Assembly: GCF_963921235.1 (NCBI RefSeq) | Contig: NC_086120.1 | Location: forward strand, 28,830,001-28,894,000 | Source: Mobula hypostoma | Lineage: Eukaryota | Direction of reading: 5' to 3' | Length of the DNA: 64,000 nt | Shown: positions 13,501-28,500 of the stretch, piece by piece | Numbering within the stretch: the stretch's first letter is position 1 | How the letters are laid out: the number at the start of each line of letters is the position of its first letter | The notes under the pieces: generated by a model | The model's input: the letters and a program-made list of their open reading frames with translations, nothing else | The model's database searches: none | Told to the model about the DNA's origin: nothing | Position numbers and translations under genes: made by a program

Positions 13501-16500
13501 TTTACAAAATGAAAGTTTATTAGAACCAGTAACTGTCAAAGAACTGAACGTGGCCATCTCTAGGTTAAAGGCTGGAAAGTCCCCGGGTTCTGATGGGTTT
13601 ACCTCAGAGTGGTACAAGTCCCTGAAGACACAGTTAGCCCCATTACTACTTAACACCTTTAATTGGATCTTGCAGAGAGGAGAAACTCCACCTTCCTGGA
13701 GAGAAGCGATTATTTCAGTTATTCCTAAAGAGGGTAAAGATAAACTAGAATGTGGCAATTATCGGCCAATTAGTGTTCTTAATTTAGATTACAAACTATT
13801 TACATCTATATTAGCGCGCAGATTGGAAAAGCTTTTACCTGGCCTAATCCATTTAGACCAGACTGGATTTATTCAACAAAGTCAAACACAGGACAACATA
13901 AGGAGAACTCTGCACATATTAGAACAGGTTAATAAGAATGAGACAGAGACAATGGTAGTAGGATTGGACGCTGAGAAAGCTTTTGATTCGGTTAGTTGGG
14001 CATTCCTATACAGAGTGTTAGGAAGATTCGGCTTTCAAGAAAGGTTTATTAAAGTAATTCAGACTCTGTATGACAGCCCAACAGCCCGAATTAAGATAAA
14101 TGGGGACCTCTCTGACTCCTTCATTTTAGAGAGAGGCACTAGACAGGGATGCCCAATTTCTCCTCTCCTTTTTGCGCTATATATTGAACCACTTGCCCAA
14201 CTAATAAGACAGAGCGAAATCGTAAAAGGTATCAAGGTGGCAGGGATTGAACAGAAAGTGGCGTTATTCGCAGATGATGTTTTGGTCTATCTGAGTGAAC
14301 CAGAAAAATCATTTATAGGATAGTTTACACTGTTGGATGACTTTGGGAAAATATCAGGTTATAAAATAAATGTAAAGAAAATGCAGGTTATGTCCCTAAA
14401 TTATACACCATCCAAAAAATTGCAGGATACATACGATCTTAAGTGGGAAGCTAAATCATTAAAATATTTAGGAATAACCCTGCCGAAGGATCTTTCAACA
14501 CTGTCACAGGTAAATTATGGGCCATTAATCTCAGAGATAAAAGCAGATATGCATAGATGGAATCTTATCCCCTTTTTAAGTTTAAATTCAAGGATAAATA
14601 CTATAAAAATGAATATTCTTCCTCGGTTATTATATCTTTTCCGTACTTTACCAGTGGAGGTGGATGATAATCAATTCAGGGAATGGGACAAATGGATTTC
14701 CCGCTTCATTTGGCAAGGAAGGAAACCTAGAATTCGATATAACACTTTACAGTTAGGGAAGGAAAGAGGAGGTATGGTTCTTCCTTGCCTGAGAAATTAT
14801 TTTTATGCCTCACAGATAACCCCTCTGTTATATTGGTGTAATAGGGAATATAAGGGTAGATGGAAGGAAATAGAATTTGGATTAGTTGACAGTTTTCCTC
14901 TTCAGGCCTCAATAGCTGACAAAGGATTGATGGCCCAGTTGGAAAAATTTAATAATGCTTGGATAAATCTTACATTAAAAGTATGGCAGAAGGTGGTTAA
15001 TTCATGTGGAATTAATAACATGCTAAAACTCTTTAGATGGTGTGCATATGATACCGAATTCCTTCCCAACAGAGGAGATAAAAGATTTGAGCTATGGATA
15101 AAGAAAGGTCTTACAACCTACCTCTTATTTATAGATAAAAGAGTATTACAAAGTTTCCAAATCCTGCAGGACAAACATGGCCTAGAACATAATGACTTTT
15201 TTAGGTACCTTCAAATACGAAACTATGTTAACCAGAGTTGTAGATATACAGACCTATCAACAGTAGAATTAGAATTTTTCAAGATTCTGAATTCGGCTTG
15301 CAGTTCAATACCTAGTAAATCAGTTTCTCGCCTATATAATGCACTCTCCCATGCTAAAAATGTAAATACACTGTATATTAAAGAGAAGTGGGAGAAAGAA
15401 GCGGGGTTGGTACTTTCAGAGGAGGCGTGGGGGAAAATCTGCAGCTTTCAATGGTCCTCGACTAATTCTTTGACTTGGAGAGAACATTGTTGGAAAAACA
15501 TTATAAGATACTTCAAGACCCCATATCAGGAAAAATATAAAGATACAAATGTGATGTGTTGGAGAAGGTGCGGCTCTAAGGAGGCAAATCATTTTCATAT
15601 TTTCTGGGATTGCCCTAAATTAAGTCTATTTTGGGAAGGTATTCATAGAACATTAGTTAAGGTACTTAGGTCCCAGATACCTCTGAACTTTGAGACGCTC
15701 TATTTGGGGCATGTATTGTTCCTTGAACAGAAGGAAGATATAAAGTTGCTGCAGGCCCTCTTAGCGGCAAGTAAGAAATCAATCACTAGAAAATGGCTAA
15801 ATCCAATACCACCTACATTAGAAGATTGGTACAAAATTATCTTGGAAATATTTAAAATGGAAAAGTTGACCTACTCCCTGAGAACTCAAAAAGAAACATT
15901 TTATCGAATCTGGAATAAATGGATTGAATATATAACCCCAATGCGAGCAGACTTTAGATGACTCTCCTAATGATTTATATTGCTCTTCTCATCAACACAG
16001 TAATATTGCTAACGTAAGCACCCCTAGTCTAAATGTTTGTTGTTGTTTTTTTTTGGAAGATAGAGAATTAACACAAGTAAAGGGAAAGATTTGGGAAAGG
16101 GATAAAAAAAAATGAAAAAATTAAGTAAATAAGTACATAGGGATTGGATAATTATGTCTGCGGGCAGGAACAAGCACGAACAAATTGGGATATAAACACC
16201 TACAATGGTTGGTATATAGGCTTGTATGCAACATTTTGGACCAGTGGAAATGGTCCAGAAGGGTTGTATGGAAACTATTATTACCATTTTTCTTAACAAC
16301 TAATTTCATTACTTAGCCTAATAGGTTAGATTTACCACAGTACATAATTATCTATTTAAATGTTTATTTTGCTTTTATATCATCTCAATGTGTACTTAAG
16401 AATGTATAAATAATTGTAGTTTTATACATATAAAAAAATGGAAAAGGTTATATGTTTGAAAAAAGTACATGATAATTGTGAACTCCTTATCCAAATAAAA

Positions 16501-19500
16501 ATAAAATTTAAAAAAAAAAGTTAATGCCCTGTTGCAGAAATATTGGAAAGATATTTTTGATATTATTTCAACGGTTTTAAATATAGACTTATAACCGCAT
16601 CCAATTACTGCTATTTTTGGACTACCAATGATAGATTTAAATAATTTAACCTCTTCATCACGAAGAATGATTGCATTTCTTACTTTAATGGCCAGAAGGT
16701 CCATTTTATTGAATTGGAAAGAGATTAATCCTCCTAAGGTATTTCATTGGTTTTCACAAACTATGCTGTGTTTGAATTTGGAGAAAATTAGAAGTGCAGT
16801 TTATGACCCTTCCATCAAGTTTGAAAAAACTTGGAGGCCATTCATTCAGCATTTTCACTTAATGTAATATCTTTATTTCCAAACCTATTCTATTTCTCCG
16901 TATTGTTGTTGGAGGGGAATGGAGTCGTTGGCACTGAGGTTTTCTTCTTTTTCATTTTTAAGTTCTTAGATTTGCCCAAGTCTTTTAGTTTAGTTGCTTA
17001 ATTTTGTCTTTCTTTTGGGTTGGGGTTTTCTTTTTGGTTTTGGTTTTTTTTTCTTTTTCATGTTTTTTTTTTAGTTTTTTTTTGATCTGTTTTATCCGTT
17101 GTTAGTTTTACATGATTGGGAGCTTTGTCAAATTTCAATATTGGACTTTACAATTACTGTTTGTAAGTGTAACAATTTATCTCCTATTATTTGTATCATT
17201 GCTATGTTTTGTTTATATATTCTAAAATTAATAAAGAGATTGAAAAAGAAAAAAGTTAATGCTGAGCTGATATGCAGCTGTGCCAGAAAGAAAATTCTAG
17301 ATAAGTTTGCCTTTCTGTGAAGAAGCTCCTGGTACCAACATGCACATGGGATGGAAAGGATTGAAAGTGGTACAATCAGTCTGCTGTGGAACAGTCAAAT
17401 ACTGTTAAAGTTCATACATAAAGATTAAAGTTCTGTACTTAAATTATTCGAATTTATATTTTCTACAATTGATGTAATTAACATAAATATCAATGAAACA
17501 AAAAGAACAAGGCATGATCTTTTGAGCTTGCTTCATTTAATCAGATCATGGCTCACCTGACTGTAACCTGAAAGCTGCGTTCCTATCTACCAGTGGTAAC
17601 CTTTCACCACTTTCCTATTGAAGTATTTATCTGGATACACACGCGCTACTCCCTCTCCATCAACACAGGGGGCCCCAGGATAATGTGCTGAGCTCGTTGC
17701 TGCATGGACAAACACCCGAATAATTACTTGTCAAGTTCGCCAATGACATGACAGCAGTGGGGCTCATCACCAGCAACGATGAGACAGTTTACAGAGAGGT
17801 GGTTGGAAGAGCTCAAGACCTGGGGCTGAGTTACTTCTTCCCCGATGTCAACAAGACAAAGGAGACCGTCATCAGTTTCAGGAGAACTTGCACCATTCAC
17901 ACCCCTCTTTAAATCAGTGACACAGCAGTGAAATCTGCAAGCAGTTTTAAACTCCTGGGAGGGCACATCGCACACAAACTGTCACGAAGACATTCTACAC
18001 AATCAGGAAAGACCACCGATGCCTCTGCTTGCTGAGGAGGTTGAAGAAAGCTGGACTATACACATCTATACTCTAGTCCTTCTACAGATGTACAGTAGAG
18101 AGCATCCTAACATGCTGCATCACCACATGGTTTGGAAACTGCACTGTGACAGACAGGAAGGCTCTACAACAAGTAGTCAAAACTGGCCAAGGCTTCACCA
18201 GCACCAACCCTACCCACCACCAAAAACATGTATATAGATTACTCCCAGACAAGAGCCAGTAACATTATGAAGGATTCTACCCACCCTGCTCATGGACTGT
18301 GTCCCCCACTATCAGGGAGGCTATGAAGCATCCATGTCAGAACCATAAGGACCACCAGCAGTTACTTTCCCCAAGCAGTATGAATGACCAACACCTCCAC
18401 CCATTAACCCACCACTCCTTTATTGTTTCCTGTCAGAGTCACCTATGTACACACTCTTGTGCCTCACGTCACTTTATGGACAAACAAGTAATCAATGTAA
18501 ATATGCTATCTTATGTATTTATAGTTAGTGTTTGTGTTTAATTATTGTGTTCTAAATTATCTTGTTGTATCACATACAAAATGCTAAAGGATCTCAGCAG
18601 GTCAGGCAGCACCTATGGAAATGAATAGATAGTTGACATTTTGGGCCAAGACCCTTCTTAGTGATTTTTGTGCCGCATCGTAACTGGAGTAACAATCATT
18701 TCATTTTCCTTTACACTTGTGTATTAGAAATAACATTGAATTCAATTGACTTTATTTCTTACATCCTTCACATACATGAGTAAAAATCTTTGTTACATCT
18801 CCATCTAAGTGTGCCACGTGCAATCATAGTAATTTATTGTAAATAGAACAGTCAATGTAATATAGAGCACACTCAAACACAGCGTGAGTTCATCAGTCTG
18901 ATGGCCTGGTGGAAGCAGCAGTCCCGGAGCCTGTTGGTCCTGGCTTTTACGCTGCAGTACCACTTCCTGGATGGTAGCAGCTGGAACAGATTGTGGTTGT
19001 GGTGACTCGGGTCCCCAACGATCCTACGGGCCCTTTTTACACACCTGTCTTTGTAAATGTCCTGAATAGTGGGAAGTTCACAACTACAGATGTGTTGGGC
19101 TATCTGTACCACTCTCTGCAGAGTCCCACAATTAAGGGAGGTACAGTTCCCATACCAGGCAGTGATGCAGCCAGTCAGGATGCTCTCAGTTGTGCCCCTG
19201 GAGAAAGTTCTTAGGATTTGGGGGCCCATAACAAATTTCTTCAACCGTCTGAGGTGAACAAGGCACTGTTGTGCCTTTTTCACCACCCCGCTGGTGTGTA
19301 CAGACCACGTGAGGTCCTCAGTGATGTGGATGCCAAGGAACTTGAAGCTGTTTACCCTCTCAACCCCAGATCCATTAATGTCAATAGGGGTTAGCCCGTC
19401 TCCATTCCTCCTGTAATCCACAACCAGCTTCTTTGTTTTTGAGACACTGAGGGAGAGGCTGTTTTGTTGACACCACTGTGTCAGAGAGATGACTTCTTCC

Positions 19501-22500
19501 CTGTAGGCCACCTCATTATTGTTTGAGATAAGTCCAATCAATGTAGTGTCGTCGGCAAATTTAATTAGCAGAATGGAGCTGTGCGTGGTGATACAGCCAT
19601 GGGTATACAGGCAGTAAAGGAGGGGACTCAGTACGCAGCCCTGAGGGGCTCCTGTATGGAGACTTATAGCCTTCAGAGAGAAAAGAAAATAACCTCAATT
19701 GGTCTTCAATGGATTTTTTAAAACAGTAATTGCCAGTTCTAGATTCCCCCACTAGAGGAAATACCTTCACATCCACTCTATCAAGAACCTCTCAATCCAC
19801 TCTATCTTATATTTTTCAATTAAAACCCCTCTCAAAATCTTCTAAACTTCAGCAGATACAAGCTAGGTTGTCCAACTTTTCTTCTGAAAACAACATGTTC
19901 ATTCTTGGTATCAGTCTGATAAAATTTCTCAGAACTGCTTTCAACACATTAATTTCTTAGATACTGTATATTCAACTCCAGATGTGGTTTCACTGATTTC
20001 ATACATAATTGAAGCACAACTTCCCTACTTTGTTTATTATTCAGGGAATTTAATTTTTAAAAAAAATCACATTATCAGTTTTCCCAATTGCTTTCTCTAC
20101 TTGAATACTACCCTTCTGCAGAGTAGGTGTACAAGGACACCCAAATCCCTCTGTACTTCAATTCTGCAATCACTCACCATTTTGGTAATATGCTCCTTGC
20201 CCCCAAATTGGGACAATTTTATTTTCTCACATTTTCCAGATCTTTGACCATTTGTTTAACCATCTCCCCTTTCATAGTCTCCTTATAGGTCATCTTCATA
20301 ACCTACCTTTCCACCTAACTTTCTGTTATCAGCAAATACAGTAAACGTAACTTGGATTCTTTTATCCAAGTCATTGCTACAAATTGCAAAAAGGAAATTG
20401 AGAATCCAAAACATATCCCCGTGACATTCCACTAACTGCACCTTCCTTACCAGCAAAGACCCTGCCCTGTTAGCCTGCAAGTCCTCTGCTAACACTAATG
20501 TTAACCATCACATCATGAGCTTTTATTTTCAGTAAATGCCTTTGAAACCAATGCATGCTTTCTGGAAACCCAAGTCTAATGCATCTCATTACTTCTCCTT
20601 TAACCATTACAAACTATATATTACTGCCTCAAACAATTTCAAGAAATTGTCTGTTGTTGTTTGTCATCTACCTCAATGATCAGGATAATAATGTGGTAAA
20701 CTGGATCAGCAAATTTGTAGATGACACCAAGATGGGGCTGTAATGGACAGCAAAGAAGGCTTGCAGTGCGATCTGGGCCAGCTGAAGAAATGGGCTGAAA
20801 ATGGCAGATGGAATTTAATACAGAGAAGTCCGAGTTTCTGCACTTTGGGAGGACAAACCAGGATAGGACATGAAAGGTAGGTCACTGAGGAGTGGGGCAG
20901 ACATAAGGATTGGGGGGAGGGGTGGAAGAAGAAAGATCCATAATTCCTTGAAAGTGGCGTCACAGATAAGGTCTTAAACAGAGCTTTTGACACATTGGCC
21001 TTCATAATTCAAAGTAAGACTACAGAAGTGGGATGTTATGTTGAAGTTGCTCAAGACAATGGCAAGGCCTAATTGGAGCATTGTGTGCTGATTTGGTCAC
21101 CTACGTACAGGAAAGATATGAAAAAGTTTGAAAGAGTACAGTAGAAATTTCCAAGAATGTTGCTGAAACTTGAGGAACTGAGTTATAGGAAAGGGTGAAC
21201 AGTTTACGACTTTATACCCTGGAGCGTAGGAGAATGAGGGGAGATTTGATTGAGGTATACAACATTATGAGTGGTATAGATAAGGTAAATGCAAGTAGGC
21301 TTTTTCTCACTAAAGTTCGGAGAGAATAGAACTAGAGGTCATGGGTAAAGGGTGAAAGGTGAAATATTCTGGGAGAACATGAGGGGGAAATTCTTCACTC
21401 AGAGGGTGGTAAGAGTATGAAACAAGCTGCCAGTGGAAGTGGTGGATGTGGTTTCAATTTCAACATTTAAGAGCAGTTTGGATAAGTACATGGACGGGGG
21501 CGGCGGAAGGGAGGGCTACCGTCAAGGTGCAGGTTGATGGGACTAGGGAAAATAAAAGTTCAACAAGGACTAGGTGGCACGTTTCTGCGCTGTAGTGTTT
21601 TATGACTCTGTAATTCTAAATTAAACATGCAGTTTTCCTAGCCTCTGCCTGATTACCTTGACTTTCTCAGTGCTCTGCAATAGTATTTTATTAATAGCTT
21701 TTAATATTTCCCTCAGGTCCAATTTAAGTGATCTTCATTTTCTTGAAATCTGCCTTTCTCCTTTTTTCAATAAAGTTTTTACTATTTTCCAATCTACTAA
21801 AATCTTCTGCCAGATCTAGAAAATTATGGGAAATTAAAACCAACTAGCCATTTCTTTTAAAGGCCAAGCAAGAAATCCATCAGGATCTAGAGAACTATTT
21901 TCTTGTTCTCATTAAAGGATTTATCACCATTCAAGTTTAATCCATTCCATCTCTTCCTAAATGGTGTACTATTAATTCTACATTGTAGCATCTCTATACA
22001 CTATTACTGAGAGGCAAGCTTGAGCTATGGGTAATTTTGCTTGTCTTCAAATTCACTGAATTGAATATTCGGTATGTGTACTCTTTTCTAAATAGTTACT
22101 GTTCAGAGAAATTCAGTTTAGAGTGGGACATGTAGGATTCCACTTTAAAGAACACTGATAGTACTGAGTATTAGGCTTTGAGTCAGAGTGGCAATGACTG
22201 GAACCTACAATTATTAATTAGGTAAAAGTGATTCTTTTTAAAGAGTTTTGATTAAGTCAATCTACCATGAGAAATTAATGTTACAATTTCACCCCCCCCC
22301 GCCAAAATAAGTAGTACACGCTGAAGGATCTGGACCATTTCTCACTTGAAATCCTTGACAGTAGAGCTTTGTGGAATTATCTTCGTCAGAATGCCGAATA
22401 ATCTAATTTTCTTCTTAGTACTATCACCAGTAGAGGGCACCAAACCTCCTCCTCTACATTATTGTCAGGCTTACACAATTCTTCTTTTAAATATTTTAAA

Positions 22501-25500
22501 GTGATTGGTAATGTGGATGTTGCAAATAACATTGTTGCATCAGCCTACTTCTGATGCAACTGTAAGCAATACTGCAAATTCATGCAAAATCTGTACCAGC
22601 TTGCTGATTTAATCTGCCCTACTACTGCCATTCTACTTTCACTGTTGTCCGAATTAAACTCTCACCTCGACAGGGACAGAAACTTCACCAGTTAAACCAG
22701 ACGTCAGTCAAACCCAATTCATCCAGTGTTCCTCATCGTCCCCCCTCCCTCAGCAAAGAAACAGAACAAGAGCTTTGTCCAATTCTTCTCTCCCTTGCTC
22801 AGGTGGCCACTGTTTATTTTCCTACTTCCAAAGTTAGTAGATTGAACTTTGGATCTTTTGATATGTGTGACCCCTGCCAAATACCTTACCCTCTTGGTTC
22901 CCCAAAATAGAGATAGTCTGAACTGCACTTTTTCTAGCACACTGTTAAGACCACTTTTCAGAGTCCTGAGTGATCCCTTTATAAAGAACACTGAAAGCAT
23001 AGGATATGTAATTCTGATTCACCAGGGTGACAAACATTGGAAGCAATAATTATTAGATGAAACCTGAGATGCAGAGATTATTTCCGCTAGAAGATTATTT
23101 TTATTCTGTGAAGGGTTTTAATGAAAAGAGGAATGTTATTTCCTCTGGTTGGGGAGCTGTTAGGAAAAAGGTTAGTAGCTCACAAACAGTGGAATAAAAG
23201 AGAGTTCTGATTTGTTTTTGTTTAAAACAATGCAGTGCATTGGAGCAAAGAATAATTTGCCAAAAATACTCAGTGGAGGTGAAACTAAACTTAGTGGCCA
23301 CTTTATTAGGTACAGCAGTGTACCTAGTAGCCACTGGAGTGGAACCTGGCGTTGTCTTCTGCTGCTGCAGTCCATCCACTTCAAGGGTTTAATGTGTTAT
23401 GCATTCAGAGATACTCTTACGCACACCATTGTTGTCAGACCTGATTATTTGAGTTACTGTCGCCTTTCAGTCACATTAAACAAGTCTGGGCATTCTCCTC
23501 TGACCTCTCTCATTAACAAGGTGTTTTTGCCCAGAGAATTGCTACTCAGCAGTTTCTGAGATATTCAAGCCACCCTGTCTGGCACCAACAACCATTCCAC
23601 GATCCAAGTCACTTCAATCATGTTTCTTCTCCAATCTGATATTTGGTCTGCACAACAACTGAACCATTGGACCATGTCTACATGTTTTTATGCACCGAGT
23701 TGCTGCCACATGATCAGCAGATATTTTTATAATATGATTAGATATTTGCATTAACAATTAAGTGTACCTAATCAAGTGGCCACTGAGTGTATTTCATAGG
23801 GAACACATCAAGCGAAGACTGATAAATACTGGACAATGAGACTACTTTTGGATTTCTCTAGCAAAGAGCTATTTCAGAAATAATGGCCGAAATTATCAAG
23901 CTGAAACTTACTATAGTTTTATGGCTTTTACTCTCAGTCAACTACTTTAAGAGCCTTCCTACCTTGTCCAGTGCTTCCTGAAGAACTCCTTCTGCGTCAT
24001 CCCACTTGCCTTGTGCCATCTGACAAGCAGCTTGTCCATTCAGGAGCAACAAGGTTGCTGTGTACTTATCTGCCATTTCTTGGAAAATGTAAAAGGCATC
24101 CTGCAGCTTGTCCCCACCCTGTAGAGAGCAGTCGATAAAATTGATTCACCAGTGCGAACAGCAATTATATAGCACAGTACGAATTCAAAGAACATTTACA
24201 GGCCATTGTTATTCCAACAGTAAGAGTTGTTTCAACCCATCAATCAGCAACAATGTCATAAATGCTTGCATTTATACACAGTGCATGACATAAATAGTAG
24301 ATCATAAGGCTAGTCATCTCTGTCCCATCATTTGACAGTATTTTGAGCATTGTTCACTTTCCCACCCAATCTCCATAACTCATCTTGTAAGTGTCTAAAA
24401 AAAATAATATTCACACAAGGAAAGAAAATGCATGGCAAGCCAAATAAAATCGAAGTGGTAAGCAGAAGCTGTAAAGATGTGTTCTGAAATATGGTCACGG
24501 AAGAAGACATTTCAAATGGTGAGATCAAAGCCCCTCAAGGCACGGAAGGAAATAGAAGAGATAAAGGACAGTAGCAATAAATAAGAAATACAGAACTAGG
24601 TTTCAAGGGAAGAGGATGTAAATGTCTAAATAAGGCTACAGAGGTGTAAACATGAAGGTGAACATTTTTAATTGAAGGCACTGGAAAAATAAATATCACT
24701 GAGTTCGGCACCACATTAAGAGGAGGAACCTCTAAAAGGTAATAATCTGAAATGAGATCTGAATATTGAAGGGCACATTAATTTTAGGAAGGACAAGAAG
24801 CTAGAAAAGGTGGAGGATTGTCTCCGTTAATGATAGTATTAGCACAGGATTAAGGGATGACACAGTTTAAGAAATGTTGCAAATTTAGTTGGACATTTTA
24901 AAGAAAATATTAAAAACAAAATCTTGCTTGTGATAGTGCTTTTGCAGGCCTCATTCACAATAACTATAGATCAGAGTACAAATGGTAAAGAAATGGGAGC
25001 TTGTTAGAAAGATAAAGCAATAACCACAGAGGATTTCAATCCATAGAGCAACTGGAAATATCAAGCATTCAAAAGGTAGCCAAGATGAGGATTCAGAGGG
25101 TTATCTTCTTAAAAAAGCATGCTCTGCAACCAAACCCAAAAGCAATCTATACTTGACCATGTATGATACAATGAGATAAGATTAATTAATAGCTTCATTA
25201 TGAATGCAGCCCTTGGCAAAAATGTTCATAATTTGAATGAGTATTACATTAGTTTTGAAAGAGAAATGATCCAAAACTAATAATTTAAACATAAGGAAGA
25301 CTAGCCTTGAGGGAGTGAAAGTAAGGTTACCCAAAGTAAACTAGTATCAAAGTTAATGAGAAGGCAACTATTACGGCACAGAAATTGGCTGACAAGTCAG
25401 AAGATGGACAAAATATGAAAAATCAAAGAATGTCTAAACATTGAGAAAGGTAAATGTACAGATAATAAGGGTTTCTGTGATCCAATAGAAAGTGTAGTTG

Positions 25501-28500
25501 TGAATTTAATAATGGACAGCAAGGATGTGGCAAATGAATTAAATAGGGATATTGCAGTTTTCACTAGTGAAGATACCAGAAGTGGCTATAATCTGAGAAA
25601 TGGAAGACAAGGTGGAATTCCAGAAAATTATGATCACCAGGGAAGTGGTCCAAGTAGATTGCTTAAGGTGGTATTAAGACTCCAAGTCTCAACAACTTGT
25701 AAGAAAATTACTCTAATTTTCACAAAATTCTCTGAACTCAGGGAAAGTTCATTAGTTTATAAACCGGAAACTGCAACTTCTTTATTCAAAAAGGGAGCAA
25801 GACAGAGAGGAGGAAACAATAGCCTAGTGAGATGATTTACCTTAGGGAAAATTTTAAACCTTGGGGGGCTTTGGATCTGGACATAGATTCAAGGTTATCA
25901 GGCAAAGTGAAAATTGTGAAAATGTAGCATCAGAGAGACCTAAATTGACTGATGACACAAAGATGGTTAGGAAAGTATGCTGCAAGGTCTTAAGGGACAT
26001 TTATAGATTAAGTGAGTGGGCAAATGTAAAGCAAATGGAAAATAATGTCTGAAAATGTGAAATAATCTACTTAGGCAAGAAAATTAAAAAGCACATTGTC
26101 TAAATGGATTCTAGAACTGGGGAGAATTGTTTAAAAATAAAAAAGCTGCCCATTCAAGATATAAATTAGGTAATTCTTTATTCCTCTCAAAAGCTTGAGG
26201 GTTTTTAAAGCTCTCTTCCTCTAAAACAGTGGAAATCGAGACTGTTACATCTTAAGAGTTTGATAATTATTTTATATAGGAGGCGTAAAAAGTTACTGGG
26301 AGAAATGTAGCCATCAGATCTTTCATTAACATTAAAAAGTGGAGCAAACTTAAGGGACCAAATGGCAATTGTTGCTCATAATTTACACCTATGTACGTTT
26401 GAAGGTAAGTTCTTATTTGGGATGGGTAGACTTTGTTGATGACAGTTTGATACAAATCATGAGATCACCAAGTTTTAGTCAAAACCGGGAAAGATTCACA
26501 ACAATCACATGAATGTAAAAGATAAGAATACGTTATAAGGTGTAGGCCATCTGAGTTCCCTGTGCTTAATTCAGCACTAGTGCCCTGCACTACCCTCATA
26601 TTCTCTGGCCAAGACAAAAAGAGGGACATTATGTTGATTTGCTGTTAAATTCCAAATAAATAATGTCAAAATATGGTGAAGTTGACTCTGATTGGACAGT
26701 TGGTTGGAAGATTAGCAAGGAAGAGGAAAAATTTTGCTTGCTTGGGTGCAGCTCTAAATGAAACAATGAGAAATTTAGAGAATGACAAGTGAGGTACAAA
26801 GTACAGCTGCAGAATCAAACAAGTGGGCCACACACTTGATGCATTAGCAGGGAAGTGGGAAGGCACCGAAATAACGATACTGTGGACTCGTAATATAAAG
26901 CACACAAGTGGCAAGAAATTAAAGGCAGCATAACTGGACAACATGAATGGAAGAAATAAAGCAATAACTGGAATATCAAGTTTTGGAATAAACAAAAGAA
27001 GAGATCGGTCCTATTTGCAGGTCCAGTAGGTTCTAGAGAAATTCAATTTTTGATTTGTCTTTCTCTTCTTCATTCAAATCACTATCTCTCAACCCACCCA
27101 GCAACAGCAAACTTAAATGGGGGTGTTAAGGTAATTAAGGTATCTTCACTAACCATAGCCAAGTTCACCCAGGCTGTCGACAACTGTGTCAGGGTAGCAT
27201 CTTCATCTTGGTCATGCATCTTCTTCAGTTCTTTTCTAAATTAAATAAATTAAGTTACTAATTAAACAAGATGGATGACACAACTCCTCCAATTGGCATT
27301 CTGAAGGTCACAGTAACAATGTGCTTTACTTTCTTCAACAATTTCCTTCGCTTCCCATTTGGAGTACATTCTATTGATAATGACGCGACCAAATACAAGG
27401 TTTTTGTAGTTTCAGGTGGGACTTGATTTATTCTTCAACCAACTGGTTGAAAGAGAAAGGGTCATTCTCATGCAATGGTCCAATGGGATGAACGAAGAAA
27501 CAGATGGCCAGTTATTCGGAGCAATTCAAAATTCCACTCAAGTCTGCACCTTGACACAACAATCATGAAAAGATCCAACATCACAGGCTAAGCATCAAGT
27601 GTGGAAACTTGCTGTACAAGTCTCAGCTGTACAGATGTTTTCCGATCACAGAACACCAAAGCAACACTTGACTTGCTTTCACACCATTCTTCGCTGGAGT
27701 TCAGATTGGGAAAGCAACAGAAGGAACGGACTGAAAAATGACAGACTTCAGTGCATTGGTCCCCATCAATAGAGTGCAAATAAAGTTTTGTTTACAAGTT
27801 CCACAACATTAACTAATGATTATTCTGCAAAGTACCAAGTCTGGATTGGATAAAACTTCTTGCTTTAAGTCTTATCGGTAAAATTTGGAAGGAATACTAC
27901 AAATCAAATAGCTGATATTGTAAGCTTGGCTTTGGAGAAAATTGACACAATTGCAATGAGGCTCCAAAAGTCAAAATGGTCTAAGAACAAAATATTAAGA
28001 AATGGTTTAAACATTACAAATCCTTTATGCAATAAATATTCCTAACACCAATTCTGGTAAAATAGACAAATACCTCTGGAGAGGGATGCTTGAACTAGGA
28101 AGAGCTTCAATGCACCAAATGGCCTTTCCCCAATTCATGACTGTTCATACTTTATAGGTAACCATTACAGAATAATCTAAACTAGCCACAGAAAATAAAG
28201 ACTCGTTAACTGTACTTGTTCTCAGCAAAGCTAGTTCACACAAATTCAAGAACTTGGACAGAAGCAGAAATTGTGCATATTGTCATCTCCAACCGCTCAG
28301 TATAAAAAGGATGTTTGCAGTCTGGATTTAGCTACACTTCATGTTGAAATGGTGATTCTTACCGAGCCAAATCCAGCCGGTCAAGCTTCAAAAGGATCTG
28401 TATTGACATGGCCATGCTGTTGGGGTGAAAGAGACGAATAATTATCTGTGTTATGAATAATTCAACAAAAGGCTAAAATAATTAACAGTAAATAGCATTC

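Larger units (their letters stand above)
10690..16515 (+). mobile_element. Full-length L1-clade LINE (5'UTR, ORF1, ORF2, 3'UTR, poly-A) in COPE intron 7, antisense to the host gene
   Basis: 16-bp TSD AAAAGTTAATGCCCTG at 10674-10689 and 16516-16531; TT/AAAA target; AATAAA at 16494 followed by an A tail; two ORFs. Confidence 0.96.

Noticed and set aside
16528-17250. Second L1 fragment interpreted as a 3' transduction of the full-length L1
   Set aside because: The full-length element's TSD closes before this fragment, and the fragment has its own TSD.
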